Below, piece after piece: positions 40,721-50,320 of a stretch of DNA of 64,000 nucleotides. The notes under the pieces were generated by a model, which was given only the letters and a program-made list of their open reading frames with translations, did not search any database and had not been told where the DNA came from. The stretch covers positions 40,136 through 104,135 of the forward strand of contig CAZTPA010000003.1 of the NCBI GenBank assembly GCA_964614525.1, in the 5' to 3' direction. The DNA is from an uncultured Bacteroidales bacterium (GTDB lineage Bacteria; Bacteroidota; Bacteroidia; Bacteroidales; UBA7960). Position numbers and translations under genes: made by a program. Numbering within the stretch: the first letter of the stretch is position 1; the number at the start of each line of letters is the position of its first letter.

Positions 40721-42028
40721 TTACACAAATATTTTTTTAATTAATAGCTTTATTTTTTCAAAATCTACTAAATATAAAAAAGCCATCCATAAAAACGGGA
40801 GGGCAGGAATTTTATATCTTACCAGTCCTCCATATATTGGCGTCACTATTCCAACCAAAATAAATGTAAGAATAACAAAAGAAATACAAAACCACAAAAA
40901 GGGATTAAAAAGTTTTTCTTTGTTATAAAACACAGCCATAAATATTATTGAAATCCATATAAACAAGTTTTCTAAAGCTGCTATTAATATAATAGGAGAA
41001 TCACTATCAAGCAAATGCGGCCGTGTTAATGTATTCCAAAAGCCTGAAGGAACAAAACTCAGAATACTGAATATATTCGCTTGCATTAGTCTGTCGGTAA
41101 TTATACTTCCGGCTTCAACAAACTGTGTGAAATTCACAAAGTTATTTTGTTTATTTGCCAAAATTTCCAGCATATTATAAGAAGGAAAAACATAGCCTAT
41201 TCCCATAAATATAAGCATCCATAGTACAAATATTGCAACATACTTTAGTATAATATAATGGTCAGTTTTGTTTCTGAAAATGTAATACGCTATTATCACA
41301 GGAATAAGTAAAAAACCTATGTATGCTTTCAATAAAACTAATAGAAACAGAGAAATCAGTATGTTAAAAATGAAAATAAGCTTTATATGTTTTATTATTA
41401 TTATTTTTTGTGTATAAAGCAGGAAAATGCCTAATGCAAATAATAGAATGCTTTCCTTTAATACTCCTGATCCCCAAAATAAAACCGATGGAAATAAAAT
41501 AATTCCCCAGAAAACATACTTTAATTTATTTGAAGAAAATTTGTCTTTTGCAAACTTATATATTGCCAATAGTCCTGTAAATGTTAGAAAATTTGCAGAA
41601 ATAATGTGAATCCCAATATTACCACCGCTTATTATCCCAATAATAGCATTAAAGCGGATTACGATTCTGTTGTCATTATAGACCGGTTCTTCCCATGGCC
41701 TGAACCAGCTTGTCATTTGGGCATAGTATTTATCCAGATGTTCGGCCCCGGCATCTATTCCGCTAATCATTCTAAAAAAATCTATTGGGTTATCTTTTAT
41801 TGCGCCGGCCATAATCATGCCGTCATTAAAATACTTATAAATATCAGCCGTGCTTTTCTCGTAATAATAATTATATACAAGAAGAAAAATAAATCCAACA
41901 ATGCATTTCAGTGTAAAAGCTGCTATAAGAAACTTATAACTTATATTCTCTATGTTTCTAAAGAAAGGAGTATATTTAATAATAATGGCAAAAAATATGA
42001 AACTTAATAAAATGACAACAATATTCAA
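40721..42028 (-). CDS. Hypothetical polytopic membrane protein (about 11 TM; function unknown)
   Basis: 435 aa. It is strongly hydrophobic with one soluble loop (DFFRMISGIDAGAEHLDKYYAQMTSWFRPWEEPVYNDN). I recognise no family motif with confidence. Confidence 0.5.
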   Translation of the reverse strand: MNIVVILLSFIFFAIIIKYTPFFRNIENISYKFLIAAFTLKCIVGFIFLLVYNYYYEKSTADIYKYFNDGMIMAGAIKDNPIDFFRMISGIDAGAEHLDKYYAQMTSWFRPWEEPVYNDNRIVIRFNAIIGIISGGNIGIHIISANFLTFTGLLAIYKFAKDKFSSNKLKYVFWGIILFPSVLFWGSGVLKESILLFALGIFLLYTQKIIIIKHIKLIFIFNILISLFLLVLLKAYIGFLLIPVIIAYYIFRNKTDHYIILKYVAIFVLWMLIFMGIGYVFPSYNMLEILANKQNNFVNFTQFVEAGSIITDRLMQANIFSILSFVPSGFWNTLTRPHLLDSDSPIILIAALENLFIWISIIFMAVFYNKEKLFNPFLWFCISFVILTFILVGIVTPIYGGLVRYKIPALPFLWMAFLYLVDFEKIKLLIKKIFV

Positions 42029-42144
42029 TGTTTTGCTTTTTTAGTGTTTTTAGATAGTTCAAAAATAAGCTTTTTAAAAATAATATGTTTTTTTGAACAT
42101 ATAAAATAAGCAAAAAATTATTTTTTTCAGCTAATTGCTTTATG

Positions 42145-42152
42145 TATTTTTG
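42145..42152 (+). promoter_or_regulatory. TAnnTTTG -7 box for purL
   Basis: TATTTTTG lies 27 bp upstream of the purL ATG. Confidence 0.45.
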
Positions 42153-42178
42153 CCAAGTCTTTATATAAAACTTCACTA

Positions 42179-44419
42179 ATGGAAAACATCAGCTATAATA
42201 CCCCTGCAACATTAGAAATTGCCCAAACTCTGGGATTACTGCCCGAAGAATACGAAAAAATCAAAGAGATTATGGGAAGAAATCCTAATTTCACAGAGAT
42301 TAGTATTTTTTCTGTAATGTGGTCAGAGCATTGTTCTTATAAAAACTCCATTAAATGGCTTAAAACGCTTCCCCGCAAAGGTCCTCATTTGCTTGCAGAG
42401 GCAGGGGATGAAAATGCAGGATTAGTTGATATTGGTGATGATTTAGCATGTGCCTTTAAAATAGAATCTCACAATCATCCTTCTGCGCTGGAGCCTTATC
42501 AGGGTGCAGCTACGGGAGTTGGTGGCATAAACCGGGATATTTTCACAATGGGAGCAAGACCGATTGCTCAATTAAATTCATTGCGCTTTGGCAATCCGGA
42601 ACTTGAAAGGACTAAATGGCTTCTGAAAGGCGTGGTTAAAGGAATTGGCGATTATGGTAATGCTTTTGGTGTTCCTGTTGTAGCAGGAGAAGTATATTTT
42701 GACGAATGTTATAACACTAATCCACTGGTTAATGCAATGTCTGTTGGAATAGTCAGAAAAGGAAATACCATTTCTGCAATTTCAGAAGGTGTTGGAAATC
42801 CGGTTTTTATTGTTGGTTCTTCTACCGGGAAAGACGGAATACACGGTGCAACTTTTGCCTCTGAGGATATTACCGAAGCTTCTGCCGATAAAATTCCTGC
42901 GGTGCAGGTTGGTGACCCTTTTCAGGAAAAACTTCTTCTTGAGGCAAGCCTTGAGCTTATAAAAACTGATGCCGTTGTTGGAATGCAGGATATGGGTGCT
43001 GCAGGTATTACTTGTTCAACAAGCGAGATGAGTGCAAAAGGGAAACACGGAATGATAATTCATTTGGACAAGGTGCCTATGCGACAAAAAAATATGCAAG
43101 CATTTGAAATTTTATTATCTGAGTCCCAGGAAAGAATGCTGGTTGTTGTTAAAAAAGGCAGAGAAGATGAGGTTATGAAAGTATTTGATAAGTGGGATCT
43201 AAATTGTGTTCAAATAGGTGAAGTTATTGAAGGTGATGTCTTAAAGTATTATATGGATGGGAAACTGGTTGCTGAAGTAGCCGCAGATCCGCTGGTTTTG
43301 GGTGGTGGCGCTCCAGTGTACGACAGAGAATATAAAGAGCCGGACTACTATCAAAAGACAAAAGAATTTAAAATAGAAAGTATTCAGCAAGCACAAGACC
43401 TTAAAAGCGTAGCCGAATTTTTGTTAAGCCGTCACAGCATTGCATCAAAAAAATGGGTTAGCGAACAGTATGATTCCATGGTTGGCACAAAGAATATGTC
43501 AACTAATAATATTTCTGCTGCCGGTATAGTTAATCTGAAAGGATCTGATAAGGCATTGGCGATGTCTGTTGATTGCAATAGCAGATATGTGCATGCAGAC
43601 CCTGAAATTGGATGCGCAATTGCAGTTTCTGAAGCTGCCAGGAATATTGTTTGCAGTGGAGGTATTCCAAGTGCTGTAACAAATTGCCTCAATTTCGGAA
43701 ATCCATATAGCCCTGAAGTATATTGGCAGTTTGTTGGAGCAATCAAAGGAATGAGTAAAGCTTGTGAAATATTTAAAACTCCCGTTACGGGCGGAAATGT
43801 TAGTTTTTACAATCAAACATCAAAGGGAAGTAAAGTTGAGCCTGTATTTCCTACTCCGGTTATAGGTATGTTGGGCATTTTAACCGATAAAAAGTTTATG
43901 ACAGGCCTTGGTTTTAAAAAGCCGGGACATAAGATTTATCTTATTGGAAAATCGCAAAATGATATTAATTGTTCTGAATATCTTTACGCTTACCATAAAG
44001 TAAAATTGTCTCCGCCTCCTGCATTTAAGCTTGATGAAGAATACAATGTTCAGAATATTGTTAAGGAATTGATTCAGAAAAATTTTGTAGAGTCATGCAA
44101 CGATATTTCTGACGGAGGTTTGTTTGTTAGTTTGTTTGAATCTGCTCATGCCGGTAAACTTGGTTTTGACATTAGTTGTGATGAAGATATAAGAAAGGAT
44201 GCTTTCCTTTTTGGTGAATCACAAAGCCGGATTATTGTTACTGTTGACACAAATAAAGAAGAAGATTTTGTTGAGATGATGGCATTATCAGAAGTGGAAT
44301 TTTCTTTTCTGGGAGAAGTTATTGAAAATGAAGCTATTATTGATGGAGAGAGCTTTGGAAGAATAGAATATCTGGGAAGTATTTATGAAAGCGTTATCCC
44401 TAAAATGATGGGAGAATAA
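42179..44419 (+). CDS. purL: Phosphoribosylformylglycinamidine synthase subunit II (small-type PurL)
   Basis: 746 aa with SEHCSYKNS, ESHNHPSALEPYQGAATGVGGINRD, QDMGAAG and ESQERM. Confidence 0.95.
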   Translation: MENISYNTPATLEIAQTLGLLPEEYEKIKEIMGRNPNFTEISIFSVMWSEHCSYKNSIKWLKTLPRKGPHLLAEAGDENAGLVDIGDDLACAFKIESHNHPSALEPYQGAATGVGGINRDIFTMGARPIAQLNSLRFGNPELERTKWLLKGVVKGIGDYGNAFGVPVVAGEVYFDECYNTNPLVNAMSVGIVRKGNTISAISEGVGNPVFIVGSSTGKDGIHGATFASEDITEASADKIPAVQVGDPFQEKLLLEASLELIKTDAVVGMQDMGAAGITCSTSEMSAKGKHGMIIHLDKVPMRQKNMQAFEILLSESQERMLVVVKKGREDEVMKVFDKWDLNCVQIGEVIEGDVLKYYMDGKLVAEVAADPLVLGGGAPVYDREYKEPDYYQKTKEFKIESIQQAQDLKSVAEFLLSRHSIASKKWVSEQYDSMVGTKNMSTNNISAAGIVNLKGSDKALAMSVDCNSRYVHADPEIGCAIAVSEAARNIVCSGGIPSAVTNCLNFGNPYSPEVYWQFVGAIKGMSKACEIFKTPVTGGNVSFYNQTSKGSKVEPVFPTPVIGMLGILTDKKFMTGLGFKKPGHKIYLIGKSQNDINCSEYLYAYHKVKLSPPPAFKLDEEYNVQNIVKELIQKNFVESCNDISDGGLFVSLFESAHAGKLGFDISCDEDIRKDAFLFGESQSRIIVTVDTNKEEDFVEMMALSEVEFSFLGEVIENEAIIDGESFGRIEYLGSIYESVIPKMMGE

Positions 44420-44442
44420 TAATCCTCCCATCAATAAAAAAA

Positions 44443-46476
44443 TCACCAGATTCTTGCTCTTTCTTCTTTTGGTATGTAACGGGAATCCTCCTCACTTACA
44501 TCAAAAGTTTCATAAAAGGCATCGAGATTATAAACAATTCCGTTAACTCTCGCTTCACCGGGAGAGTGTGGCCCTTCTTGTAATTGACGCATTAATTCCT
44601 GATCGCGAATGTTATTTCTCCATATTTGAGCATATGAAATAAAGAAACGTTGTTCGGGTGTATAGCCATCAATAAGTTTCGTATTTTCACTGTCTTTCAG
44701 CTTAAGTTTCAAAGCTGTGTAAGCAATATTTAATCCACCCAAATCGGCAATATTTTCTCCCAGGCTTAGCTCTCCGTTAATAGTAAGACTATCAAGCATA
44801 ACATAATTGTTATATTGGTCAACCAAAACTTTAGTTCTTTCTTTAAACTGTTCTGCATCTAGTTCTGTCCACCAATCATTTAAAATACCTTCTGAATTGT
44901 AATGTCTGCCTTGATCGTCAAATCCATGAGTCATCTCATGGCCTATAACCATTCCAATAGCTCCGAAATTTACTGCATCATCAGCGTGCATATAAAAGAA
45001 AGGAGGTTGGAGTATAGCTGCCGGAAAGACAATCTCATTCATTGTCGGACTATAATATGCATTTACGGTTTGCGCATTCATAAACCACTTGTCACGGTTA
45101 ACAGCTTTTCCGATTTCACCAATGTTGGATTTTATATTAAATTCTCTGGATGCTAGCACATTTAATACATAAGCTTGTTTTGAGATTTCCAGTTCTGAAT
45201 AATCTTTCCATTTATCCGGATATCCAATCTTTACATTAATTACATTTAGTTTTTCTCTTGCCCTTTCCTTTGTGTCTTCAGTCATCCAATCAAGCTTGTT
45301 AATCCTCAGAAGGAATGCTTCCCTGAGGTATTCTACTAGTTCATCCATTCTTTCTTTGGCTTCTTCGGGGAAATATTCAGCAACATATTCCTGGCCCAGG
45401 GCTTCTCCAATGCCATAATTAATATACCTTAACACACGTTTCCATCTCTTCTTGTTTTTTTCTCTGCCCGACATTACTTTGCCGTAAAATTCAAATGTAG
45501 CCTCTTCAAAATTATCGCCTATAAAAGGAGATGATGCACGTAATACATTCCATTCAATATAATTTTTAATTGATTCAATGTCATATTCGGAAATTACATT
45601 GCTGAAAGTGCTAATGAAATCAGGCATTCCAACATTTATCTCTTCTATATCAAGATTGCGTTCAGTGAAATATAAATTCCAATTAAAACCAGGACTAAGA
45701 TTATTCAGAGATTCAACAGACATTTTATTGAAAGTTGCATAAGGATTTCTTATTTCCAGACGACTCATAGAAGCTTCAGCTAAAGTTGTTTCGATTGCTA
45801 TTATATCTCCTAATTTTTTCTCTATTTTACTTTCAGAAATATATACTAAACCAAAGATTTCGGCAATCATTTTTTTGTATGCATCTCTTATTTTAATAGT
45901 TCTTTCATCATCTTTTAAATAATAATCTCTGTCACTCATTCCCAAACCACTTTGCATAATGCTTCCAATCATAGTCTCTGTATCAGATCTGTCCTGAGTT
46001 GCTCTTAGCCAGAAAAAAGGCCTGAATCCCTTGTTGTGAAGTTCTGCTAATAATATTGCCACTTCATCATTGCTTTCCAGTTTATGAATCCTGGCAAAAA
46101 TTGGGCTAAGTGGTTCTATGCCTTGTGAGTTTATATTTTTGATATCCATTCCGCTTTCATAAAAATCTCTGATCTTTTGTCTGTTAGAACCTTTTTCAGC
46201 ATTTTTATCATTTTGAATTGTTAACAAAAGAGATTTTAGTCTGTCATAATTTAGTTGTTCAAGATGTTCAAAAGAACCATATTTACTATACTCTTCAGGA
46301 ATAGGATTGTTTTCCAGCCAATTACCGTTTGCAAATCTAAAAAAGTCTTCACCGGGAGCTACAGTATTATCCATATTGCTTAAATCAATAGGAATTATTT
46401 CTTTTTCAGTAGTTGACGTACAGGCAAATAATAAGACAAGAATTACCAAGCCATATTTCTTTTTTAATCTAATCAT
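44443..46476 (-). CDS. pepO: M13-family zinc metallopeptidase (PepO / endothelin-converting-enzyme-like) lipoprotein
   Basis: 677 aa with a lipobox (LLFACTS), HEMTHGFD (HExxH), ENIADLGG and NAYY. Confidence 0.9.
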   Translation of the reverse strand: MIRLKKKYGLVILVLLFACTSTTEKEIIPIDLSNMDNTVAPGEDFFRFANGNWLENNPIPEEYSKYGSFEHLEQLNYDRLKSLLLTIQNDKNAEKGSNRQKIRDFYESGMDIKNINSQGIEPLSPIFARIHKLESNDEVAILLAELHNKGFRPFFWLRATQDRSDTETMIGSIMQSGLGMSDRDYYLKDDERTIKIRDAYKKMIAEIFGLVYISESKIEKKLGDIIAIETTLAEASMSRLEIRNPYATFNKMSVESLNNLSPGFNWNLYFTERNLDIEEINVGMPDFISTFSNVISEYDIESIKNYIEWNVLRASSPFIGDNFEEATFEFYGKVMSGREKNKKRWKRVLRYINYGIGEALGQEYVAEYFPEEAKERMDELVEYLREAFLLRINKLDWMTEDTKERAREKLNVINVKIGYPDKWKDYSELEISKQAYVLNVLASREFNIKSNIGEIGKAVNRDKWFMNAQTVNAYYSPTMNEIVFPAAILQPPFFYMHADDAVNFGAIGMVIGHEMTHGFDDQGRHYNSEGILNDWWTELDAEQFKERTKVLVDQYNNYVMLDSLTINGELSLGENIADLGGLNIAYTALKLKLKDSENTKLIDGYTPEQRFFISYAQIWRNNIRDQELMRQLQEGPHSPGEARVNGIVYNLDAFYETFDVSEEDSRYIPKEERARIW

Positions 46477-46727
46477 ACTATAATAACTTAATTCTATATG
46501 TTTCTAAATTTAACTATGGCATTCAAAATTTAAGAAATGAATTTCGAATAGATATATACTAAATTAAGAGATTTTGCTAAGAGTAAATCAATTGTTTAAA
46601 CCTTTTAGTTTTTTTTATGAATTATATACAATTAATTTATGATTCCTTCGAATCTCATATTTCATTTTAAAATATTTCAAATTAAAAATGTAACTTCGAA
46701 AATTATTTTAATTGAAAGATATATATT

Positions 46728-47246
46728 GTGAAACAGCATTCTGAACTTGATGTTATTGATGAATCTCCCGATATATTAAAAGACTGCAAAAGTTTGAAAT
46801 TTATAAAAGAAAAGCCCGGAATTCACAAAACCAACCTTGATCACAAACCATTTTTTGGCAAGAACCTAAAACCATGGCAAAAAAATCTCTACAAAATTTG
46901 TGGGATATTATCATTTTTGATGGGTATGCTGGGAATTGCTTTGCCCTTGCTGCCTACAACTCCATTTCTTTTGCTTGCAGTATGGTGTTATGCCAGAAGT
47001 TCTGAAAAATTATACTACTGGTTGGTTTATCACAGAGTTTTTGGAGAATATATAAGAAATTACAGAGATAAAAAAGGAATACCTTTGAGAATTAAAGTCG
47101 GTGTTCTTGTTCTTTTGTGGGCTACCATATCTTTCTCTGCTTTTTTTGCAGTAGAAATAATTTGGGTTAGAATTCTTTTAATGATTATTGCAATAGGTGT
47201 CAGTATTCATATTTTAAAGATTCCAACATTAAAAAGAAAAACATGA
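46728..47246 (+). CDS. DUF454 (YbaN-like) inner-membrane protein with an N-terminal extension
   Basis: LGIALPLLPTTPFLLLAVWCYARSSEKLYYWLVYHRVFGEYIRNYRDKKGIP is the YbaN family core. The ORF starts at GTG, and the first ~55 aa are unmatched by the family, so the start is uncertain. Confidence 0.65.
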   Translation: MKQHSELDVIDESPDILKDCKSLKFIKEKPGIHKTNLDHKPFFGKNLKPWQKNLYKICGILSFLMGMLGIALPLLPTTPFLLLAVWCYARSSEKLYYWLVYHRVFGEYIRNYRDKKGIPLRIKVGVLVLLWATISFSAFFAVEIIWVRILLMIIAIGVSIHILKIPTLKRKT

Positions 47247-47286
47247 AATAGTTATATCTCACTACCATTATAATGTTCAAATCAAC

Positions 47287-49257
47287 ATGAAAATAAAGAT
47301 TTTTCTTGCATTTATAATTTTTTTATCAAGCTCATCTTTTTCGTCTTTTCAGGACGAACATTCGCCGGCATTTCAAAGAGCGGAGTACATTTTATATATA
47401 TTAAATAATATTGAATGGCCAAATGAAGATGAATTTGATGTGCTTGAAATAGGTGTATTGGAGGATGAAAATTATATTACAAAGGAATTAGAGAAACTTG
47501 CCGAAGGAAAAACAACAAAAAATAGCAAGCCTGTTAGAATTGTGCAATTCAAAAGTATCGAAAACATCAAACCGGTACAAATGCTGTATGTTAACCGTAC
47601 AGAAGGATATGATATTGATGAGATACTAAAAAAAATTAAAGGGAATCACACCTTACTTATATCCGAAAATTATGAATTTCAGAGTTCAATGATAAATTTT
47701 ATAATTATTGATAAAGTATTAAGATTCGAGATTAATACTGCAAGAATAGAAGATGAAGGACTAAAAGCATCACCTCTGTTTGTAGCAAAATCAATAAAAA
47801 GCGAAGCTGATTGGGTAAAGTTGTATCTACAGGCCGAGAATTTGCTTTTTAAAGAACAGGAAATTGTTGCTCAACAAAATGTTGAAATTGCACGCCAAAA
47901 AGATTTAATAGAAGAACAGCTTTCAACAATTAAACTTCAGTATGAGGAAATAGAAAAGCAAAAAGAACAAATTGCAGAACAAATACAAAAGCTTCGTAAT
48001 CTGGATGCAGATATAAAGAACAAAGAGAAAGAGATAAGAAATACAATAATAATTCTTGCTCAAAAAACTAAGCAGATTAATGAAAGTATTGCTAAAATTG
48101 AGCAAGCTGAGGATGAATTAAAAAAGAAAACACAAGAAATAAATGATAAAGAAGTAATGATTCAACAGCAGGATACGCAGATTTATGCTCAGCTGCAAGA
48201 AATTGAAAAACAGAAGTTGGTTATTGTCATGGCTGCGATATTGAGTGTTTTTCTTATTATTTTGGGTTATTTTATTTATCGCAGTTATCTTATAAAGAAA
48301 AGGGCAAATCATATTCTTAAGAAAAAGAATGACCATATTCAAAAGCAGAAAACAGAGATAGAAATGCAACGCAATATTGCAACGGATCAGCGTGATATGA
48401 TTGCGAAACAAAATAAAAGTATTCAGGATAGTATAAATTATGCCAGCAGAATACAGGAAGCTGTGCTGCCACCAAAGGAATTATTGAGCTCTGAGGTTAA
48501 AAATTATTTTATATTAAATAAACCGAAAGAAGTTGTTAGTGGTGATTATTATTGGATGGCAAGTAAAGATGGAAGTTTAATTATTTCCGCTGCTGATTGC
48601 ACAGGACATGGTGTGCCGGGAGCTTTTATGAGCATGCTGGGAGTTGCTTTTCTAAATGAAATAGTTAATAAACTAGAGGTCTTAAAAGCAAATGAAATAC
48701 TTAATATGCTTAGAAAATATGTTATTTCTTCTCTTAGACAAACCGGGAAGGACGAAGAAACAAAAGATGGAATGGATATAGCACTCTGTATTTTAAATAC
48801 CGGTAATCATAATATACAGTTTTCAGGCGCTAACAATCCTTTATATATTGTACGTTCTAAGGAAAATCTTGATTTTGAGATTGCAGAATCAGAGAATATG
48901 AGCTTATTTAGAAATAATGATACACATAACTTATATAGGCTAAAAGGAGATAGAATGACTGTCGCGTTTTCTCGTAAGGCAGATATCCCATTCACTAATA
49001 ATGACTTACAACTATTACCGGGAGATTCTATATATATGTTTTCAGATGGCTTTATTGATCAGTTTGGTGGTCCGGAGGGCAGAAGATATAAGTCCAGCAA
49101 TTTTGCTCAAAAATTATTGGAAATACAACATTTAAGTATGGAACAACAAAATACTGAACTAAACAAAGAGATTGAAGATTGGAAAAAATATCCCAATAAG
49201 GCAGGAAATCCTTATAGTCAAATTGATGATATCTTAGTTATAGGAATTAAAATTTAA
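47287..49257 (+). CDS. Membrane-anchored PP2C/SpoIIE-family phosphatase with an N-terminal YfiR-like (DUF4154) periplasmic domain and a long coiled coil
   Basis: 656 aa. It has a signal peptide, then FQRAEYILYILNNIEWP (YfiR-like), a heptad-rich region of about 130 aa, a TM helix (LVIVMAAILSVFLIILGYFIY), and a SpoIIE core (ASRIQEAVLPP..VSGDYYW..ADCTGHGVPGAFMSML..DGMD..SDGFIDQFGG). Confidence 0.75.
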   Translation: MKIKIFLAFIIFLSSSSFSSFQDEHSPAFQRAEYILYILNNIEWPNEDEFDVLEIGVLEDENYITKELEKLAEGKTTKNSKPVRIVQFKSIENIKPVQMLYVNRTEGYDIDEILKKIKGNHTLLISENYEFQSSMINFIIIDKVLRFEINTARIEDEGLKASPLFVAKSIKSEADWVKLYLQAENLLFKEQEIVAQQNVEIARQKDLIEEQLSTIKLQYEEIEKQKEQIAEQIQKLRNLDADIKNKEKEIRNTIIILAQKTKQINESIAKIEQAEDELKKKTQEINDKEVMIQQQDTQIYAQLQEIEKQKLVIVMAAILSVFLIILGYFIYRSYLIKKRANHILKKKNDHIQKQKTEIEMQRNIATDQRDMIAKQNKSIQDSINYASRIQEAVLPPKELLSSEVKNYFILNKPKEVVSGDYYWMASKDGSLIISAADCTGHGVPGAFMSMLGVAFLNEIVNKLEVLKANEILNMLRKYVISSLRQTGKDEETKDGMDIALCILNTGNHNIQFSGANNPLYIVRSKENLDFEIAESENMSLFRNNDTHNLYRLKGDRMTVAFSRKADIPFTNNDLQLLPGDSIYMFSDGFIDQFGGPEGRRYKSSNFAQKLLEIQHLSMEQQNTELNKEIEDWKKYPNKAGNPYSQIDDILVIGIKI

Positions 49258-49491
49258 TTACTCGCATTCATATACAGTAGTTATGCCCTGAGGGTCCGTG
49301 TCTTCTACTCCGTCAACTTCATCAAGTTCTTCACCACAAAATTCGCCTACGTATAATCTGCTTTCTTCGTTGCCATCGGCATCATAAGTTACTATCCAAC
49401 AGTCTTTGCAGTATGGATCTACTTCACAGGTAGAAAACAAAAAAGCAGATATGACAAAAAGAAATAAAGTAATTAATGTGCGCCTTTTCAT
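49258..49491 (-). CDS. Small secreted or lipoprotein, acidic and Cys-rich (hypothetical)
   Basis: 77 aa with a signal and lipobox-like FLFSTC, plus four further Cys (CKDC..C..C) in an Asp/Glu-rich mature part. Its stop codon directly abuts the stop of the convergent phosphatase gene. Confidence 0.45.
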   Translation of the reverse strand: MKRRTLITLFLFVISAFLFSTCEVDPYCKDCWIVTYDADGNEESRLYVGEFCGEELDEVDGVEDTDPQGITTVYECE

Positions 49492-49653
49492 TATTTAGTA
49501 TGTTTATGTTTGTATTATTTTAGTGCGACAAATATAAAACTTTTTTATATGTCCTTTATAAATAAGAATTAGTTTTGTAGCATAGAAAATGAGAAGTTTT
49601 TTCATATTTCAAAAATATTTCAATATTCTGTTGTATAAATAAGAATTTAGTTG

Positions 49654-49661
49654 TATTTTTG
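49654..49661 (+). promoter_or_regulatory. TAnnTTTG -7 box for rpmG
   Basis: TATTTTTG lies 32 bp upstream of the rpmG ATG. Confidence 0.45.
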
Positions 49662-49692
49662 CGCCCGGAAAAACATATAATATATATAAAAA

Positions 49693-49881
49693 ATGGCAAA
49701 AAAATCGAAAGACGCTCGCGGACAGGTTATTTTAGAATGTACTGAGCACAAAGACAGTGGAATGCCGGGTACATCAAGGTATATTACTACAAAAAACAGG
49801 AAAAATACGCCTGATAGGCTTGAACTGAAAAAATTCAATCCTATTCTTAGAAAAATGACTATTCACAAAGAAATTAAATAA
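49693..49881 (+). CDS. rpmG: 50S ribosomal protein L33
   Basis: 62 aa: [20 protein letters not shown]...[22 protein letters not shown], a typical L33. Confidence 0.9.
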   Translation: MAKKSKDARGQVILECTEHKDSGMPGTSRYITTKNRKNTPDRLELKKFNPILRKMTIHKEIK

Positions 49882-49889
49882 TTTGAATT

Positions 49890-50045
49890 ATGGCAAAGAA
49901 AGTTGTTGCATCACTAAAAACTGATACCGGAAAAGGATTTGCTAAAGTTATCCGAATGGAAAAATCTGATAAAACCGGAGCATATGCTTTTAAAGAGGAT
50001 ATTGTTGCTCAGGATAAAGTAAAAGAATACTTTAGTAAAAAATAA
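49890..50045 (+). CDS. DUF4295-like small basic protein (below the ORF-track size cut-off)
   Basis: Own translation gives MAKKVVASLKTDTGKGFAKVIRMEKSDKTGAYAFKEDIVAQDKVKEYFSKK (51 aa), 8 nt after rpmG. This is the position and sequence type of the Bacteroidota DUF4295 gene. Confidence 0.7.
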   Translation: MAKKVVASLKTDTGKGFAKVIRMEKSDKTGAYAFKEDIVAQDKVKEYFSKK

Positions 50046-50320
50046 ATACTTGTTTCATAGTATTAATAAGGCCGGTTCAATATTGTTGAGTCGGTCTTGT
50101 TGTTTATTATGCCGATACTATTATTGAATTGTATATATCATAATTACATTCTTTCTCGCAGGAGTTTATTATATTAACTGTATCTATGCAGAATACGCTA
50201 TTCTATTAATGCCTGCTCACTACTTTTTTTATCCCCCGGTTTTTTGTCTGATAACTATTTTCCTGTCTATAGGATGAAAATATGGTAATTTGATTATTTT
50301 TGTACTTAAATTAATATGTT

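Noticed and set aside
41606-42007. 133-aa plus-strand ORF, along with 41427-41609, inside the 435-aa membrane protein gene
   Set aside because: The minus-strand frame yields a coherent 11-TM protein over 1.3 kb. The plus-strand frames are short and lack features.
46477-46727. Three TTCGAA palindromes in the 251-bp gap between pepO and the DUF454 gene
   Set aside because: Six-base palindromes at this density are expected by chance in AT-rich DNA, and I saw no larger symmetric or repeated structure.
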